64,000 nucleotides of DNA from Eledone cirrhosa (taxonomy: Eukaryota), in NCBI GenBank assembly GCA_964016885.1, contig OZ024742.1:217620001-217684000 (forward strand), in the 5' to 3' direction. The translations under genes were made by a program, and so were the position numbers. Below are positions 36,766 to 49,464 of the stretch, piece by piece; within the stretch, counting starts at the first letter, position 1, and the number at the start of each line of letters is the position of its first letter. The notes beneath the pieces are model-generated. The model did not search any database, had not been told where the DNA came from, and saw nothing but the letters and a program-made list of their open reading frames with translations.

Positions 36766-37230
36766 ACTAGCAGAAGTATGCGGCGTTGCTCGGATATTAA
36801 ATAGCAGTTGTGTATACCATTTATGTCAATACTTCAGTGCTGCTTTGAAAACTATACTTTTACAAAATCATCAGCTTTTTCTAAAAAGGGGTTGCTGCCC
36901 CCAGGGGTCCCCTACCCAATATGTGCCAATTCTGAGAGTTAACATTCATATGTAGGGCAAACGTAGCCCATGTGTCAAGTTTTGTGAAAATCGGTTGCGA
37001 ACTCCAGAAGTTATGACGTTTTGTTACATTGCACTTCAGTGCTTCAGTCGACTCCAAGAAAGCGGTTTTAAAGTGGTTAAAGGGGTTATCTGCCGGGGGG
37101 GGGGGGGGGGGCTATAATCAATATCTTGAAAAATGACAGTGCCCATGACCATCCGGAGTACATAAGTAACCTATGTCTTAAGTTTGGTGAAAATACTGTA
37201 GAAATGCATAAGGTTTATACATACGCGCGT
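36766..37230 (+). mobile_element. Non-autonomous Helitron/Helentron-like repeat
   Basis: Starts TACTAGCAGAAGTATGCGGCGTTGCTCGG like 40062; internal TGTCAAGTTTTGTGAAAATCGG motif. Confidence 0.5.
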
Positions 37231-37236
37231 GAGTTC

Positions 37237-37287
37237 GTGTGTGTGTGTGTGTGTGTGTGTGTTTGTGTGTGTGTGTTTGTGTGTGTG
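37237..37287. repeat. (TG)n microsatellite
   Basis: Direct inspection. Confidence 0.95.
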
Positions 37288-38325
37288 GGGGGGGGGCGTA
37301 TGTATGTGTATGTCCGTCGGGGCATACGTATGTACTGGTCTAAATCTTCACTATTTACTTTTACTATTTTAATAACCTCTGTCATTTTCGTTTTCAATTT
37401 TATTCTTAAACTCCGGGGCTGGAAATCATTCTGTTATTTTAAATAGAATATTAGTCTGACTCCATTTATACCATAAACTTGGTCTTGTCTTTGGTATGAA
37501 ATTGTTCTTTACGCTCCACATAACGACGTATTATCCTCGCTTTTTTCCCGTTCATTAACAGGGAACGTCTTCACGAACCAAAATATCGTCTTTCTGTTTT
37601 CGTTCGGTTGCAACGTTTCTCGAAATATTTACTTCTGCGTTCACAGATTACTCTCAGTTCAATTTGAATGGGAAATTGCTGTTTCATCGATTTTCTCCTC
37701 GGGTCATTCTGCATAACTGTGTAAATTTTCGCTGCATTCCACCAAGCCGTTTCGACGTTTATCCGACTACACCTACATATACAATGTCCGACCACTTCCA
37801 ATTTATATAGTAGATTTGTTTATATATGAATGACAAAAAGAAAAGTATAAAACTATACATGAATTGTTTCTACTAAACCTTCAATTTAAGACACAACCTA
37901 CATATTTGATAGGACTCCAGCTCACACCTTCTTCTTCTTCTTTTGCTCCCCCTGGAACATTGGGCTGCGAGCCACCCCACACAACGCCATGTTCTGAGTC
38001 TGCTTTTCAACTCCACCGTGATGCACGGTGCGTCATGGTGTATCTAACCATTTTTTTTAGGTCTTACTACGGCTGATTTCTTCCAGAGAGAAAGAAAGAG
38101 ATGGAAAAGAGCAGAGAAGTTCATCCCCGGAGGAATAATAAAAAATGTTTACACTGCACATTTCATTTTTTCAAAGCTAAAGCTGCCGATCCAAAATCAA
38201 TAATTCAACTCCCTGAAAACTTTCAAATATATGCTGTTCTAGCATGAATATTATGCTAAGGGGCAGCTGTCCACAAAGTAAGATTTACTTGCATATCCCC
38301 GCTCATATAAACACATAAATACATG

Positions 38326-38809
38326 TGTAGCGACGTGGTTGGTCAGTCTGGTCACCACTTCCGATCAGTTCCGAGAATAGCCCCTAAAAGGACTGTTATC
38401 GCATACGGTCTGATCGTATCTGAAGATAGCCCTTAAGAGGATGTTGTCACATACGGTAAGGATGAACAGACGAAAGCACAAGTTGAAAGGACGAAGCAAG
38501 GCGAGAAATGTAATTTCGATCAGCTATTTATTTTTACATGAAGCAACGATACAAGGTACAAGGCGTGTGTGAGTGACAAAGCGTGGCAGAGGCGAGGAAC
38601 AACGATACGCGGGTTGACTCTGACAAATGTCGACTCGCGAAGTGTTTGGCACCACTCTATTTATACAGAAATAATCGTTTGATGTTTAGCCGCTGTGTAG
38701 GCGTTTATTCTGGTAGCTTCTAAGGATTGTTTTGTTTCACGATGAGGTAGCTAGCTAACAGGTAGATGGCGCTGTATATTTCACAGATGTTATTTCCGGT
38801 GGCTGTACA
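38326..38809 (-). mobile_element. Solo LTR (484 bp)
   Basis: TG...CA termini; 4-bp TSD CATG (38322-38325, 38810-38813); TATAAATA then AATAAA in minus orientation. Confidence 0.8.
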
Positions 38810-39426
38810 CATGCATACATACATTACAGTTGATATTTTTTTTTATTAAAGCGTTTTCATATTATATATATATATATATAGTGATGAAACATAAGTCAAT
38901 TGCATGAACTCATAATCCTTTATTTACTGCTTTATTTGTATGAAATTGTAAATAAGACAAAAGTATTAGAACAGGGGGAAATAACTCACCGAACGCGATA
39001 GTAAATAGACCGTTTTGGGGCCCCAGGGACCACATTTTTCAAGTTAGAGATTTGAAACCTCATCTATTTGCTTCCTTGGCACTTTTTACATAGGTGTGTA
39101 AATTTTCATGTCCGCCCGACCACGTCTACTACCCTTTAACCGTGCACAGCTGAATTTCAACCACCACCCATTTCACAAATATATATTAGGTTGTGGCGAT
39201 ATACCGGACGTATTAAAATTTGAATCTTTTAAAAGAAGTGAATATTGGAATATGCAATAAAATTATTTATCATTAATCATTTGTTACGAAATTGAATAGA
39301 TAAATTATGTAATATTCATTCATTATCTATTCAAAGTAATCCAACTTATTTTACTAACGAGATTAAAAAATATATTCTGGATGCTGTCCCGCACTCCTCC
39401 CTTTATTATAGTTAAGAAGATGTGAG

Positions 39427-39701
39427 TGCGCGTGGTAAACCGGATGTTGGATTCATTCTGCCTTAAACATTGTTGTTTTACAGAACAATACAGTTTTCAA
39501 ACAAATTACATCAATCTGTGGAATAATCTGTTTAGTATGAAACATAGAATTAGGATAACCTAGTCATATTTATCTACTATAATATATATATTTGTAGAAA
39601 TACAGTTGTACAAAGAGAGAATACTGGTAAATATTCTCTATTCAACACTACGTACAACTACCATCTCTGGTTTTCCAACAACACTGTGATTTATACGAGG
39701 T
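39427..39701 (+). promoter_or_regulatory. Putative promoter and non-coding exon 1 of ZNF paralog 3
   Basis: GCGCGTG 39428-39434, CCGGATGT 39440-39447, donor GT at 39700-39701. Confidence 0.55.
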
Positions 39702-39857
39702 ATTTATTCATCTTAAAGTTGTTTTCTTTATTAAATCATTTTTATATTTTAGTGTGAGGCGTATCATTGATGACAAATGAACCTTCATTGTAATAAAGTG
39801 AAAGTGAATCAACCGATCCGACGTACTGGATGTTTTGATTAAATGATTGTAATTAAT

Positions 39858-39967
39858 TGTTTCTACTTTTGGCACAAGCCCACAATCACACAGTACATTA
39901 CTGGTACTTTATTTTATCGACCCCGTAAGGATGAAAGGCAAAGTTTACCTCGGCTGGATTTAAACTC
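39858..39967 (-). mobile_element. 5'-truncated SINE copy specific to the paralog 3 intron
   Basis: 11-bp TSD TTGTAATTAAT (39847-39857, 39968-39978); absent from the equivalent site in copies 1 and 5. Confidence 0.8.
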
Positions 39968-40061
39968 TTGTAATTAATAAAGTGAATGAAAGAAAAAAAA
40001 AACAAGTAAAAGGTGGATTTTTAGAATAAGTATTCCACAGTGCAGAACATTTTTATTTATT

Positions 40062-41213
40062 TACTAGCAGAATGGCCCGGCGTTGCTCGGGATTCTAAAC
40101 ATAGATTGGCATGTTTATCCCCCCTTTCTGAAACAGTTTCGTCGTATATTCACCAATTAATGCAGAAGTCCTAATAAAAAGTGAAGTCGCCTTGAGTGAA
40201 TAGGCAAATAATTTTCCATTAAGATTTTTCAAAAGCATGTAATTGCGTTCCCTCTTTTTTTTGTTGTTTTTGCCGCTTTCACCCATAACGGGATCTTCTG
40301 AAACTAAAAAAAAATCAATCTATGAACGCAGAAGTAAATATTTCGAAAAACGTTACACACTATATATATATATATATACATACACACACACAAATAGCGA
40401 AGTCAATGTCGTAATGCAGACATACAGACAGATATTATAAGGGCGCAACATTATAGCTATGTATCTATCTAAAAAGACACTAAGAAAGACAGAGATCGCT
40501 AAACGGCGCCGAATGCGGTCCCTAGGGCATTGAAAATTTGAAATATGTTTTTTCTCAAAACACTCACATGACCATAAGTATTACATGTGTAAAGTTTGAA
40601 AAAAATCGGTTGGGTGGTTCTCGAGTTTTAGGGAGTCAGACAGACAGACATTCTCTGTTTTAGATATATAGACTAGCAGAAAACGACTCCGGGGCGCTTT
40701 TCTGCTAGTCTATATATCTAAAACAGAGAATGTCTGTCTGTCTGTCAGCTCACTAAAACTTGAGAACCATCCAACCGATTGTTTTCAAACTTTAGACATG
40801 TAATACTTATGGTCCTGTGAGTGTTTTGAGCAAAAATTATTTCAAATTTTCAATGCCCTAGGGACCGCATTAGGCGATTTACCGTTCTCTCTATATAATT
40901 CTTAGTCTTTCTTTTTAGATAGATACATAGATATAACGTTGCGCCCTTATAATATCTGTCTGTATGTCTGGCTGTCTGCATTACGTCATTATGACGCGCT
41001 CAGCGCGATTCCCTCGGCCTCAGTGACCAAAGTTAGTGGAGAGGGGAAGGTAATGTTTCTGTAGCACGTGTTTTAGCGTCTATTCACTCTCTCTCTCTCC
41101 CTCCCGCTACCCCCCTCTCGTAGTCTGTCTCTTTCTTTCACTCTCACTCTATGCACGTGTTTCCACTGTCGGACAGACAGACAGAGAAATTGCTGGTTAT
41201 ATATATAAGTAGA
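40062..41213 (+). mobile_element. Helitron/Helentron-like composite containing a ~590-bp palindrome (40405-40990)
   Basis: Head TACTAGCAGAATGGCCCGGCGTTGCTCGGG; tails with (GACA)n..TATATA..AGA; the paralog intron sequence resumes after it. Confidence 0.65.
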
Positions 41214-41399
41214 TTATATTTTTAGATTCTTGTCGCCAGTTCAGGAATCACTATAAATAATCGAGCCAGGTTTAATACATTTTTTGATGAAAGGAACCAA
41301 TGTGACTTTATCTCAATTTGAAGTAGTCACTCTTTGATCTCCGACCTACTCACTCTATCAAACGTAAATACTCAGGCAACAAGAAGCTGACCATCGATC

Positions 41400-42100
41400 T
41401 CACACTCCTGCAGAATCTTCCACAGCAAGTGCCATGGATCGTGGTTGTATGCCTTTTTGAGATCTACAAAGCAAGAATACACTTTTTGTCAGTACTTCCA
41501 CGATTTCTTAATTACCTACCACAGTGTGAATATTTGGTCGGGTGTGCTGCGTCCAGGGCAAACACCACACTGTTCAGCTTGGACTCTACAATCTCATGTG
41601 ATCGGGTTTAGGAGATCAACAAAGTATTCTCTCCACCTTGCGAAGATACATCTCTCTGCAGAGAGAACCAGGCGCATTCCTGAGAACAGGTGTGGAGGAG
41701 GATTTCTTATTCCGAAGTCGGCAGATGTTCTGCCAAAACACTATTTGTTGATCTGAAGTCGGATTCCAACTGAAGCCCAAAGTTCTAGCATATCTTAACC
41801 TTGGATGCCTTTACTGTCTCTGCTGAGATACCGCAAATGCAAGAAGGAGGTCTTATTTTCACGCCAAGATTTGTAAGCCTTGTTCCTTGCTTGGATGGTA
41901 TCCTTAACCTCTTGATTGAACCAAGCCTCTTTTGCCCACAGCATTTAACTGCTGAGCTGAACAATCTCCACTCTATTTCAACATTCTCAGATTGCTCAGG
42001 GAGTTCTCTGAATTTGAAGGCAATAGTATTTTCAAACCTGGTCCTGTCTTCTTTATCCACCACAAACCGAAATTTATAAATTATTTTCACAAACAAATCT
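41400..42100 (-). mobile_element. RTE-like LINE fragment (region between endonuclease and RT)
   Basis: FRELPEQSENVEIEWRLFSSAVKCCGQKRLG resembles the RTE linker region. Confidence 0.45.
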
Positions 42101-42908
42101 GGGAAAATTTATAGAACCCCCCCCCCCCCCCCCCACACACACACACTTGATTCAGGGAGAAAAAATTTCTTTCTGTGTGCTATCAACCAATCTAACCTCC
42201 AAGATTCTCGCAATCGACTTTTTTCCTGGAAAACTGAGGGGGTAGAGTGGGGCCCCTGGATCACCCACCCTTCTCAGATTTTTCTCTATGAATTATTTTT
42301 TCACTTGTTATCAATTAATAGGACCTCCGAACCAGTTGGAACTGACTAAATTTGTAGAAAAAGGAGGGTGAAAGGGGGTGAAAAGACCATTGGAGTATCG
42401 CAGATCTACACCTTTGGTGGGAAACAATTATTTTGCTTGCTGAGAATCATCACTCAAAGGGGAGAAAAGGAAGGGAAAACAAGTGTTGACAGGCAGTAAT
42501 AAAAAATAGAAGGTGAATTCAAGGTGAGAGGAGGTAAAATATAGAAGAGAAGAATGATTGTAAAGGAAGAAAGAAAAGTAAGGTTGATTAAATCTTACAG
42601 AATACAAGAATGTTTCATTTCTTTAGTTTGAAGCTCCATCGATGCTGCCTCTTTCAGGAAAAGTAAACTTTAGTTGTTCAGTTAAATGTTTATATTTACA
42701 GTGAATCATTATAAAAATGTAAAATTTCCACAGTTGAATTATATTTTAATTAGGCTGTATATCTTATACTGTTTATTGTTTCAGAGTATCAGATGATATT
42801 GGTATTAAAGAATTCTTTACATCAGATACATCATCAATATTTATCATCTTTTAAAGACTAAGATTATACAAAGCAGATATAAATGAAAGGAGTTAAAAAA
42901 GAGAAATT

Positions 42909-43730
42909 ATGGAAAATGAATTACTGAAGAAAGAGGTTGAGATTAAAACGGAGTCTGAAAGAAATGATTTTTCTGATGAGGAACTGAAAGAGATTGGAAA
43001 AACATCATACGATTGTGATGTCTCTGGTAAATCATTGTCTGAAAGACATCAACTCACTTCTAACAAATATATTCATATAGGAAACAAGCGATATCACTGT
43101 GTTATCTGTGGTAAATCATACTCTCGAAATAGTGCCTTAACTCAACACATACGTATTCATACAGGAGAGAAGCCATACCACTGTGTTATCTGTGGTAAAT
43201 CATTCTCTCGAAGTAGTGACTTAACTCAACATTTACGTATTCATACAGGAGAGAAGCCATATCAGTGTAAAACATGTGGTAAATCATTCTCTCAAAATAA
43301 TATATTAAATATACACATACGTAGTCATACAGGAGAGAAGCCATACCACTGTATCATCTGTGGTAAATCATTTTCTCAAAATGGTGACTTAACTAAACAC
43401 ATACGTATTCATACAGGAGAGAAGCCATATCACTGTGATATGTGTGGTAAATCATTCTCTCAAAGTTATGCAGTAACTATGCACAAGTATATTCACACAA
43501 ATGTGAAGAAGCTTCGTTGTGATATTTGTGGTAGATCATTTTCTCGAAGTGGTGACTTAACTAAACACATACGTATTCATACAGGAGAGACGCCATATCA
43601 CTGTGATATGTGTGGCAAATCATCAGGAACTTTGAAACACACTTGTATAAAAAAACCTATAAAATCAATGAAATGTGAAGAAAAACAAACCCCTACTGAG
43701 AAAACAAATTCTATAACTACAAAATACTGA
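42909..43730 (+). CDS. C2H2 zinc-finger protein, paralog 3, C-terminally truncated (6 intact fingers and a half finger); possibly a pseudogene
   Basis: Same leader and acceptor (AG 42783-42784); the array breaks at YHCDMCGKS (~43623) and reads into unrelated sequence; the family 3' flank is absent. Confidence 0.8.
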   Translation: MENELLKKEVEIKTESERNDFSDEELKEIGKTSYDCDVSGKSLSERHQLTSNKYIHIGNKRYHCVICGKSYSRNSALTQHIRIHTGEKPYHCVICGKSFSRSSDLTQHLRIHTGEKPYQCKTCGKSFSQNNILNIHIRSHTGEKPYHCIICGKSFSQNGDLTKHIRIHTGEKPYHCDMCGKSFSQSYAVTMHKYIHTNVKKLRCDICGRSFSRSGDLTKHIRIHTGETPYHCDMCGKSSGTLKHTCIKKPIKSMKCEEKQTPTEKTNSITTKY

Positions 43731-44107
43731 CAATTTTTTTAACTGTCATCATACTCTAATAGCACCATCTCCAAAACTTCTACTTTATAAGTCAAATTAA
43801 CCTTTAACCAAAAATCGAATGATCAAGAAGAGTAAAAATCAACCAATATGATTAAATGAACACACCCAAATGATGCTAGCTAGAGAGTCTTATATTGAGT
43901 CCATATGTCAACTAAGTATTGGAGGAGTTACATCAAAACTTGCCTGGGACATATCACACATTGAATAAATGCTGTCCGATGAGGTCATCTATTACATAAT
44001 GGATATATAATAGTGACAAAGTAATCAATAAAATGATATAAGATTCAAATACACTGGCTTCTTTATTATAATATATATATGTATATGTCTATAAATATAT
44101 ATATATA

Positions 44108-44830
44108 ATCATCACTATCACTGTTTAATGCCAATTTACCATGCTTGTATGAGTTACACCTGTCAGATGACAATGTCTTGTTAACATGTTCCATTTTTGG
44201 CTTGGCTTGATGTTCTTCCTAACACCAGCAAATTTACAGTGTTTACTAGGACTACCACCTTACAGTGTGGACTGGGTGCTTTTCTCTGTAGCACCATCAC
44301 TAGGGAGGCATTGACAAGTGTACGAGGGGGTGTCATACTAACATGGGAGAGAAAGCATCAGGTTATGGTGATGGCTCTTCAGTAAGTGAGTTGTGTCTGG
44401 TGGCATATTGGGAAACATTACATGGATTGGGCAAGGGAGTGAATCAAGTTTGTTGGTGGCAGCAAGCGTGAATATCTTTCTTCCATGCTGGCATGATGCT
44501 CAGGTTTTCTTTCAGTTCGTTTATACTTCATCTCATGTACACCAATATAACATTATCAGCAGAGCATGTTTTCCTTATTTCTTTCCAATCATCACAGATC
44601 CTCTACATTCAAGGCCCATGTCACTCTTCCATGCAGTATCACAGTTCTCATACAGGCATCACACAACCTACCTTTTATTGTAAGGGAGAAACCTTTGTGG
44701 CCAGCACAAGTTGTAGCTCTGAACTTTTTCCACCTAGTTCTCACTCTAGATACTATATGTCCAGAACACCCTCCCCACTGCTAACTAAGTCACCTAGGTA
44801 ACTGAAGCTGTGTACCACTTCTAAAGAGTT
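44108..44830 (-). mobile_element. RTE LINE 3' fragment
   Basis: FSYLGDLVSSGG and LHGRVTWAL remnants plus the shared 3' UTR with (GAT)n tail. Confidence 0.6.
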
Positions 44831-45910
44831 GTCAGAGCATTTGATAGTCTATTTCACATGAAAATTTACTGATTACTGCTCCATGCAATTGTCATAGATA
44901 GAGTTGTCAAAGCATTTGATAAAGTCTATTTTATGTGAAAATTTGCTTTTTACAGTTCCTGTTTAACTGTCACACATAGCCTACAATTTTATTTCACCTG
45001 CCAGATGCAATATTATGCCACGTGTACCCCCCATGGTTTACATTTTGGTCACCTTATGGATTTTCCACTAGACACTGAGGTCACCATAGAAAGGAGGGAA
45101 TGGTATGTGGGGAATTAAAAAATTAAAGAAGCCCACATCATCAATACACAGAAACCACAAATTATTAATGGATTAAAGCCCCATGAAGCAGAGTGATTTT
45201 TACGACTGATCCACGCATGCGCAATCCAGATACTTCGACCAGTTAACGAAGAATACATAGTTCGTTTTTGTTTTGAAAGACGGTATCACCTTGAAATATT
45301 ATGTTGAAATATATTGGGTAAGAAAATATTAGTTTTGTTTTATTTGTCATCCTTTAATCTTTATATATTTCTACCGCATTCTGAAAAAAATTATCCATCA
45401 TTAAATATATATAATGGTAGAACACTGGAAGGTAATATCCGTAGTGGTAGACCACTCAGTCCATGTGACGAGTTTGGTAGAAGTAGTAACACAACAGTTA
45501 GTTCACCATACCGATAACAATTGTTACTACTTCTATATATATATATATATATATATATGGCACTGGTTCGTTTTTGTCTGTCAGCAAGCGATGAACCCCA
45601 CCTACAGTTCCTCCCGTCGTTTATATCCGTGAAAAATATTGAGTAGCATGGATATTTATCACGAATATGTTCCAATAATTTTTCAATAGCATCGACCTCT
45701 ATTAGCTTATATTTTCTTCACGCTGGTGGTTTGAAATTCCTGTAAAGGAAAACACACTCTTCTGTGTTTTCCCCTATAAATATTGTATATATATATATGT
45801 AGTGAGCTGATCGATCGTGAATCGCGTGAATGAACATAATTATTCTATTTTGATACCTCGTTCCTCTGTACAGAGATAGAGTGATTTATGTACAACTACA
45901 TATATCTGTG

Positions 45911-46196
45911 TGCGCATGATTAACCGGATGTTCAATTGATTCTGAGATAAACATTAGCATTAAATTTCAATATAATGTTCAGACAAATTACACCCATCTG
46001 CGGAATAATCTTTTTAGTATCAAACATAGAGTCATTGTAACCAAGTCATATTTATTGACCATAATATGAATATATATATGTAGGGAGAAAGAAAGACTGT
46101 AGGACAGAGAGAGAATCTTGGTAAATATTCTCCATTCCATTCAACACTACGCACAACCACCATCCTTGATTTCTGAAGAACAGATTTATACGAGGT
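45911..46196 (+). promoter_or_regulatory. Putative promoter and non-coding exon 1 of ZNF paralog 4
   Basis: GCGCATG 45912-45918, CCGGATGT 45924-45931, donor GT at 46195-46196. Confidence 0.55.
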
Positions 46197-47029
46197 ATTT
46201 ATTTATTTTAAAATCTTTTTGTTTTTTGTGGTATCATTGGTGGTTACCTTCACTATAATAAAGTGAAAGTAAAATCAACCGATCCGACATACTAGATGTT
46301 TTAATTAATAAAGTAAATTCACAGTTGCATAAATAACACTACAAATTATTCACAATTCTTTCAGAATGAAAATATAAACACATACAATAAATTAACTATT
46401 GCTAGGAACCTCACAAATATAACGCACCAAAATATACGATCAAAGCGAGATAATGGGGGGGAGGGAACAAAATCGAGTAAAATTGATATTAAAGTGAATG
46501 AAGAAAAAAGTGATAGAGGTTCAGAATACGTATCCCACATAAATTGCCAGAAAATTTATATTTATTTTTATATTTTTGGAATGCTATATTTTTCATTTTT
46601 GGCTACTATTATGTCAAGAGACCATGAAAGGCTCCCTTTGTTCTTGCAAGATGAGGGAAATTTGGTTGCTATTTCTAAGAAGTCGAAGAATCACGTAGGT
46701 GGTTCATTTGTTCAGATAAGCCGGAAAACTTCGATAGTAATAACATTAAAATGAACGGTTTAAATCTATTACAATAGATTTTTTTTCTTCTTTATCAAAC
46801 ATAATTTAATTTTAGACATCTAATAATAATTCTAATTCCCGCAGATACGTGGAAAAGAGTGATAAATTGATATAAAATATGTGATATTTTTTTCTTTTTA
46901 TTAAGAAATCATTCTAAATTTATAATCTTTTCAAATTAATCTTTTTGTATTTTTGGAAAATATTCACACTGTTTCCGTAATTTGTGTGCGTGTATGTATG
47001 TAAATATGTGTATACACATTCATGTCTGG

Positions 47030-47365
47030 CGAGTTATCGATTCCAGAATAGAGTCAGGCGCGATCAATACTCATCGTACCTTGAGCTGATCGATCGCAAA
47101 ACTCGCATCACGTGTTAATAACCATGATGTTATATTCACAATTACTTCTTGCTCATTACTAGTAATGCACTGGGTAATTGCTGGCCTTGTGCCTAAAGTA
47201 GAAACAACTATTACTATTATTATGATATATATATATATATAATGAGCAGGAGGGAAGTGTGAATATAACATTATGTTTATTAACACGTGATGCGAGTTTT
47301 GCGATCGATCAGCTGAAGGTTCGATCGGTATTGATCGTGTCCCACTCTGAAATCGATAGCTCATT
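47030..47365. repeat. MITE-like inverted repeat (~110-bp arms) with a SINE tail in its spacer
   Basis: 47030-47140 is the approximate reverse complement of 47258-47365 (shared AGCTGATCGATCGCAAAACTCGCATCACGTGTTAATAA). Confidence 0.7.
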
Positions 47366-47399
47366 AGATATGTGGATGAATATACATATATGTATATAT

Positions 47400-47985
47400 G
47401 AGGAATCAGATGTAGCGTGCAGTAGAGGAGATTGCGTTGGTATGGACACGTGATGTGTATGAAAGATTGAAGTTGTATAAAAAGGTGAGGATGTTCAGAG
47501 TCGATGGAGACCCAGGAAGACTTGGGATAAGGTGATAAAAGCTGACCATGCCCAGTTGCACTTCTCAAAGGTTATGAAACAGGATCGATATCTCTGGTAT
47601 ATTAGAAAACCAGAATTCCCATGGGTACAGGCCGAGACTGAAGTATATAAATAGTATACAGCACCCCACCCCATGCATCTCTCATGAGGACAAGTTGAAG
47701 CATATATCCAGTGAAGCCTCCAGGCCATACTGTAAAGTGGTCGTGACAACGTCAAGGCAAAAAGTGCCCAGTCCACACTGTAAAGTGATTGTGTAAGCGC
47801 CACAACAAAAAGTACCCAGCACTCACTGTAAATGAGTTTGAGGAAGGGCATCCAGCTGTAGAAACCCAGCCAAAATCGGTTCTGTACGAGCAAGACATGA
47901 TCACCTGATCTGGTATTGCTCACAACAGGATAACTCGTCTAACCCATGTCAATGTGGAAGAATGGACGTTAAACGGAGATGATGA
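47400..47985 (+). mobile_element. RTE LINE 3' fragment
   Basis: RRLRWYGHVMC...RPRKTWDKVIK and the shared 3' tail GGAAGGGCATCCAGCTGTA...GATGATGAT. Confidence 0.65.
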
Positions 47986-49464
47986 TATATATATAATACA
48001 TTTATATCCATAAATATGTATATAATATATTTGATTTATCAAACATTACCTCGAAAAGGCTTTTTGGAGTCATGTTGATGGCAGCCAGCTCTTACATTCC
48101 CACACTTCCTTCTCACAGGGAGTTTTTCCTATCTGCCCATATGACATGATCTAATGGAGGCTAATTACAGGATTCTCCACGTGTATCTGTCTGCCTTTCA
48201 CCACCTCCGTATTGAAGGTAGCTTTACACCCTTACCTATGGTCATGAATCTCTGGTAATAATCAAAAGAATTAAATTGGTTGAAATGTTGTTCCTCTGAA
48301 CAATCTCCAGAGTAACATTGCTGGATAAGGAGTCAGGGAGTCACTCCAAGTAGAGCCACGACTTCTCTGCATCAAGAAATCACAATTCCAGTACTGCGCA
48401 AAAGTGATTAGAATGTTTCAAGAAAAGAATCACAATTGGCAGGAGGCCCTGAGGTAGACTACAAGCAAGATAGATAACATCCATAAGCTTGGTTTGAAAT
48501 GGTTGCTCTAATAGGATGACATGTCTCAGGACCCTATTCCCATGACCCTCTCAGAAATATGTCGGCAAAGATGACTATATTATATATTTCCTAATGTTGT
48601 CCACAAAATTAACAAAACCATTTAATAGAGTAGACACGGGCTCCATAAGCTGCAGAAAAGGTCCCTCTCAAGAAGAGCAGTAACAACTTTGAAGAAATAA
48701 AATTGTACAGGGTAGGTGCAGACTCTGTAGGCCTTAGGCAAGGCAATGCATCTAGTCATTACACATAAAGAGGTTTGCATGGGCTAGATGAGCATATAGC
48801 CATAGAGAAGACAACCTATCTAAGATAACAGATACTCTTACCGAATAAAGAGGGGGCTTAACTCCAGACACAACCTTTCTGGTGTTTGTGACATGAAACC
48901 ATGTTAGTGCTGCACATTGTAGTGAGGTGGCTATTCTAGCCAAGTGGAAGACCACTATGATTGTCAAGAAGCAATTGCACATTCCCTTTCATTTACAGAG
49001 AGCTATAACGAAATATGACCCTACCACCAAGGGTTTTCTTGCTTCTGTAAGATTACCCAATTTAGGACTGCCACACATAGAGAGAGTGAAATTGTAGAGA
49101 TACTTGACAGGAGACTAGTAGAGGTGTGTTGAGTACAAGAGGTTACATGGAGGGGTGCATCAGACAGACTAGGCATAGGAAAACAATTTAGATACAAGCC
49201 AAGCTCTTTTGTGGTAAGGGAATAGGCATTTTACTAGTTAACAATAGTTCAGGTAAACGTTTATATTTACAGTTTATCAATATAGAAATGTAACATTTCC
49301 ACTGTTGAATCTCTATATCTAAATTAGCTTGTATATCTTATACTGTTTCTTTATTGTTTCAGAGTATCAGATGAGATTGGTATTAAAGAATTCTTTATAT
49401 CTGATACATCATCAATATTTATCATCTGTTAAAGACTAAAAGAAGACATTATACAAGAAAAATT

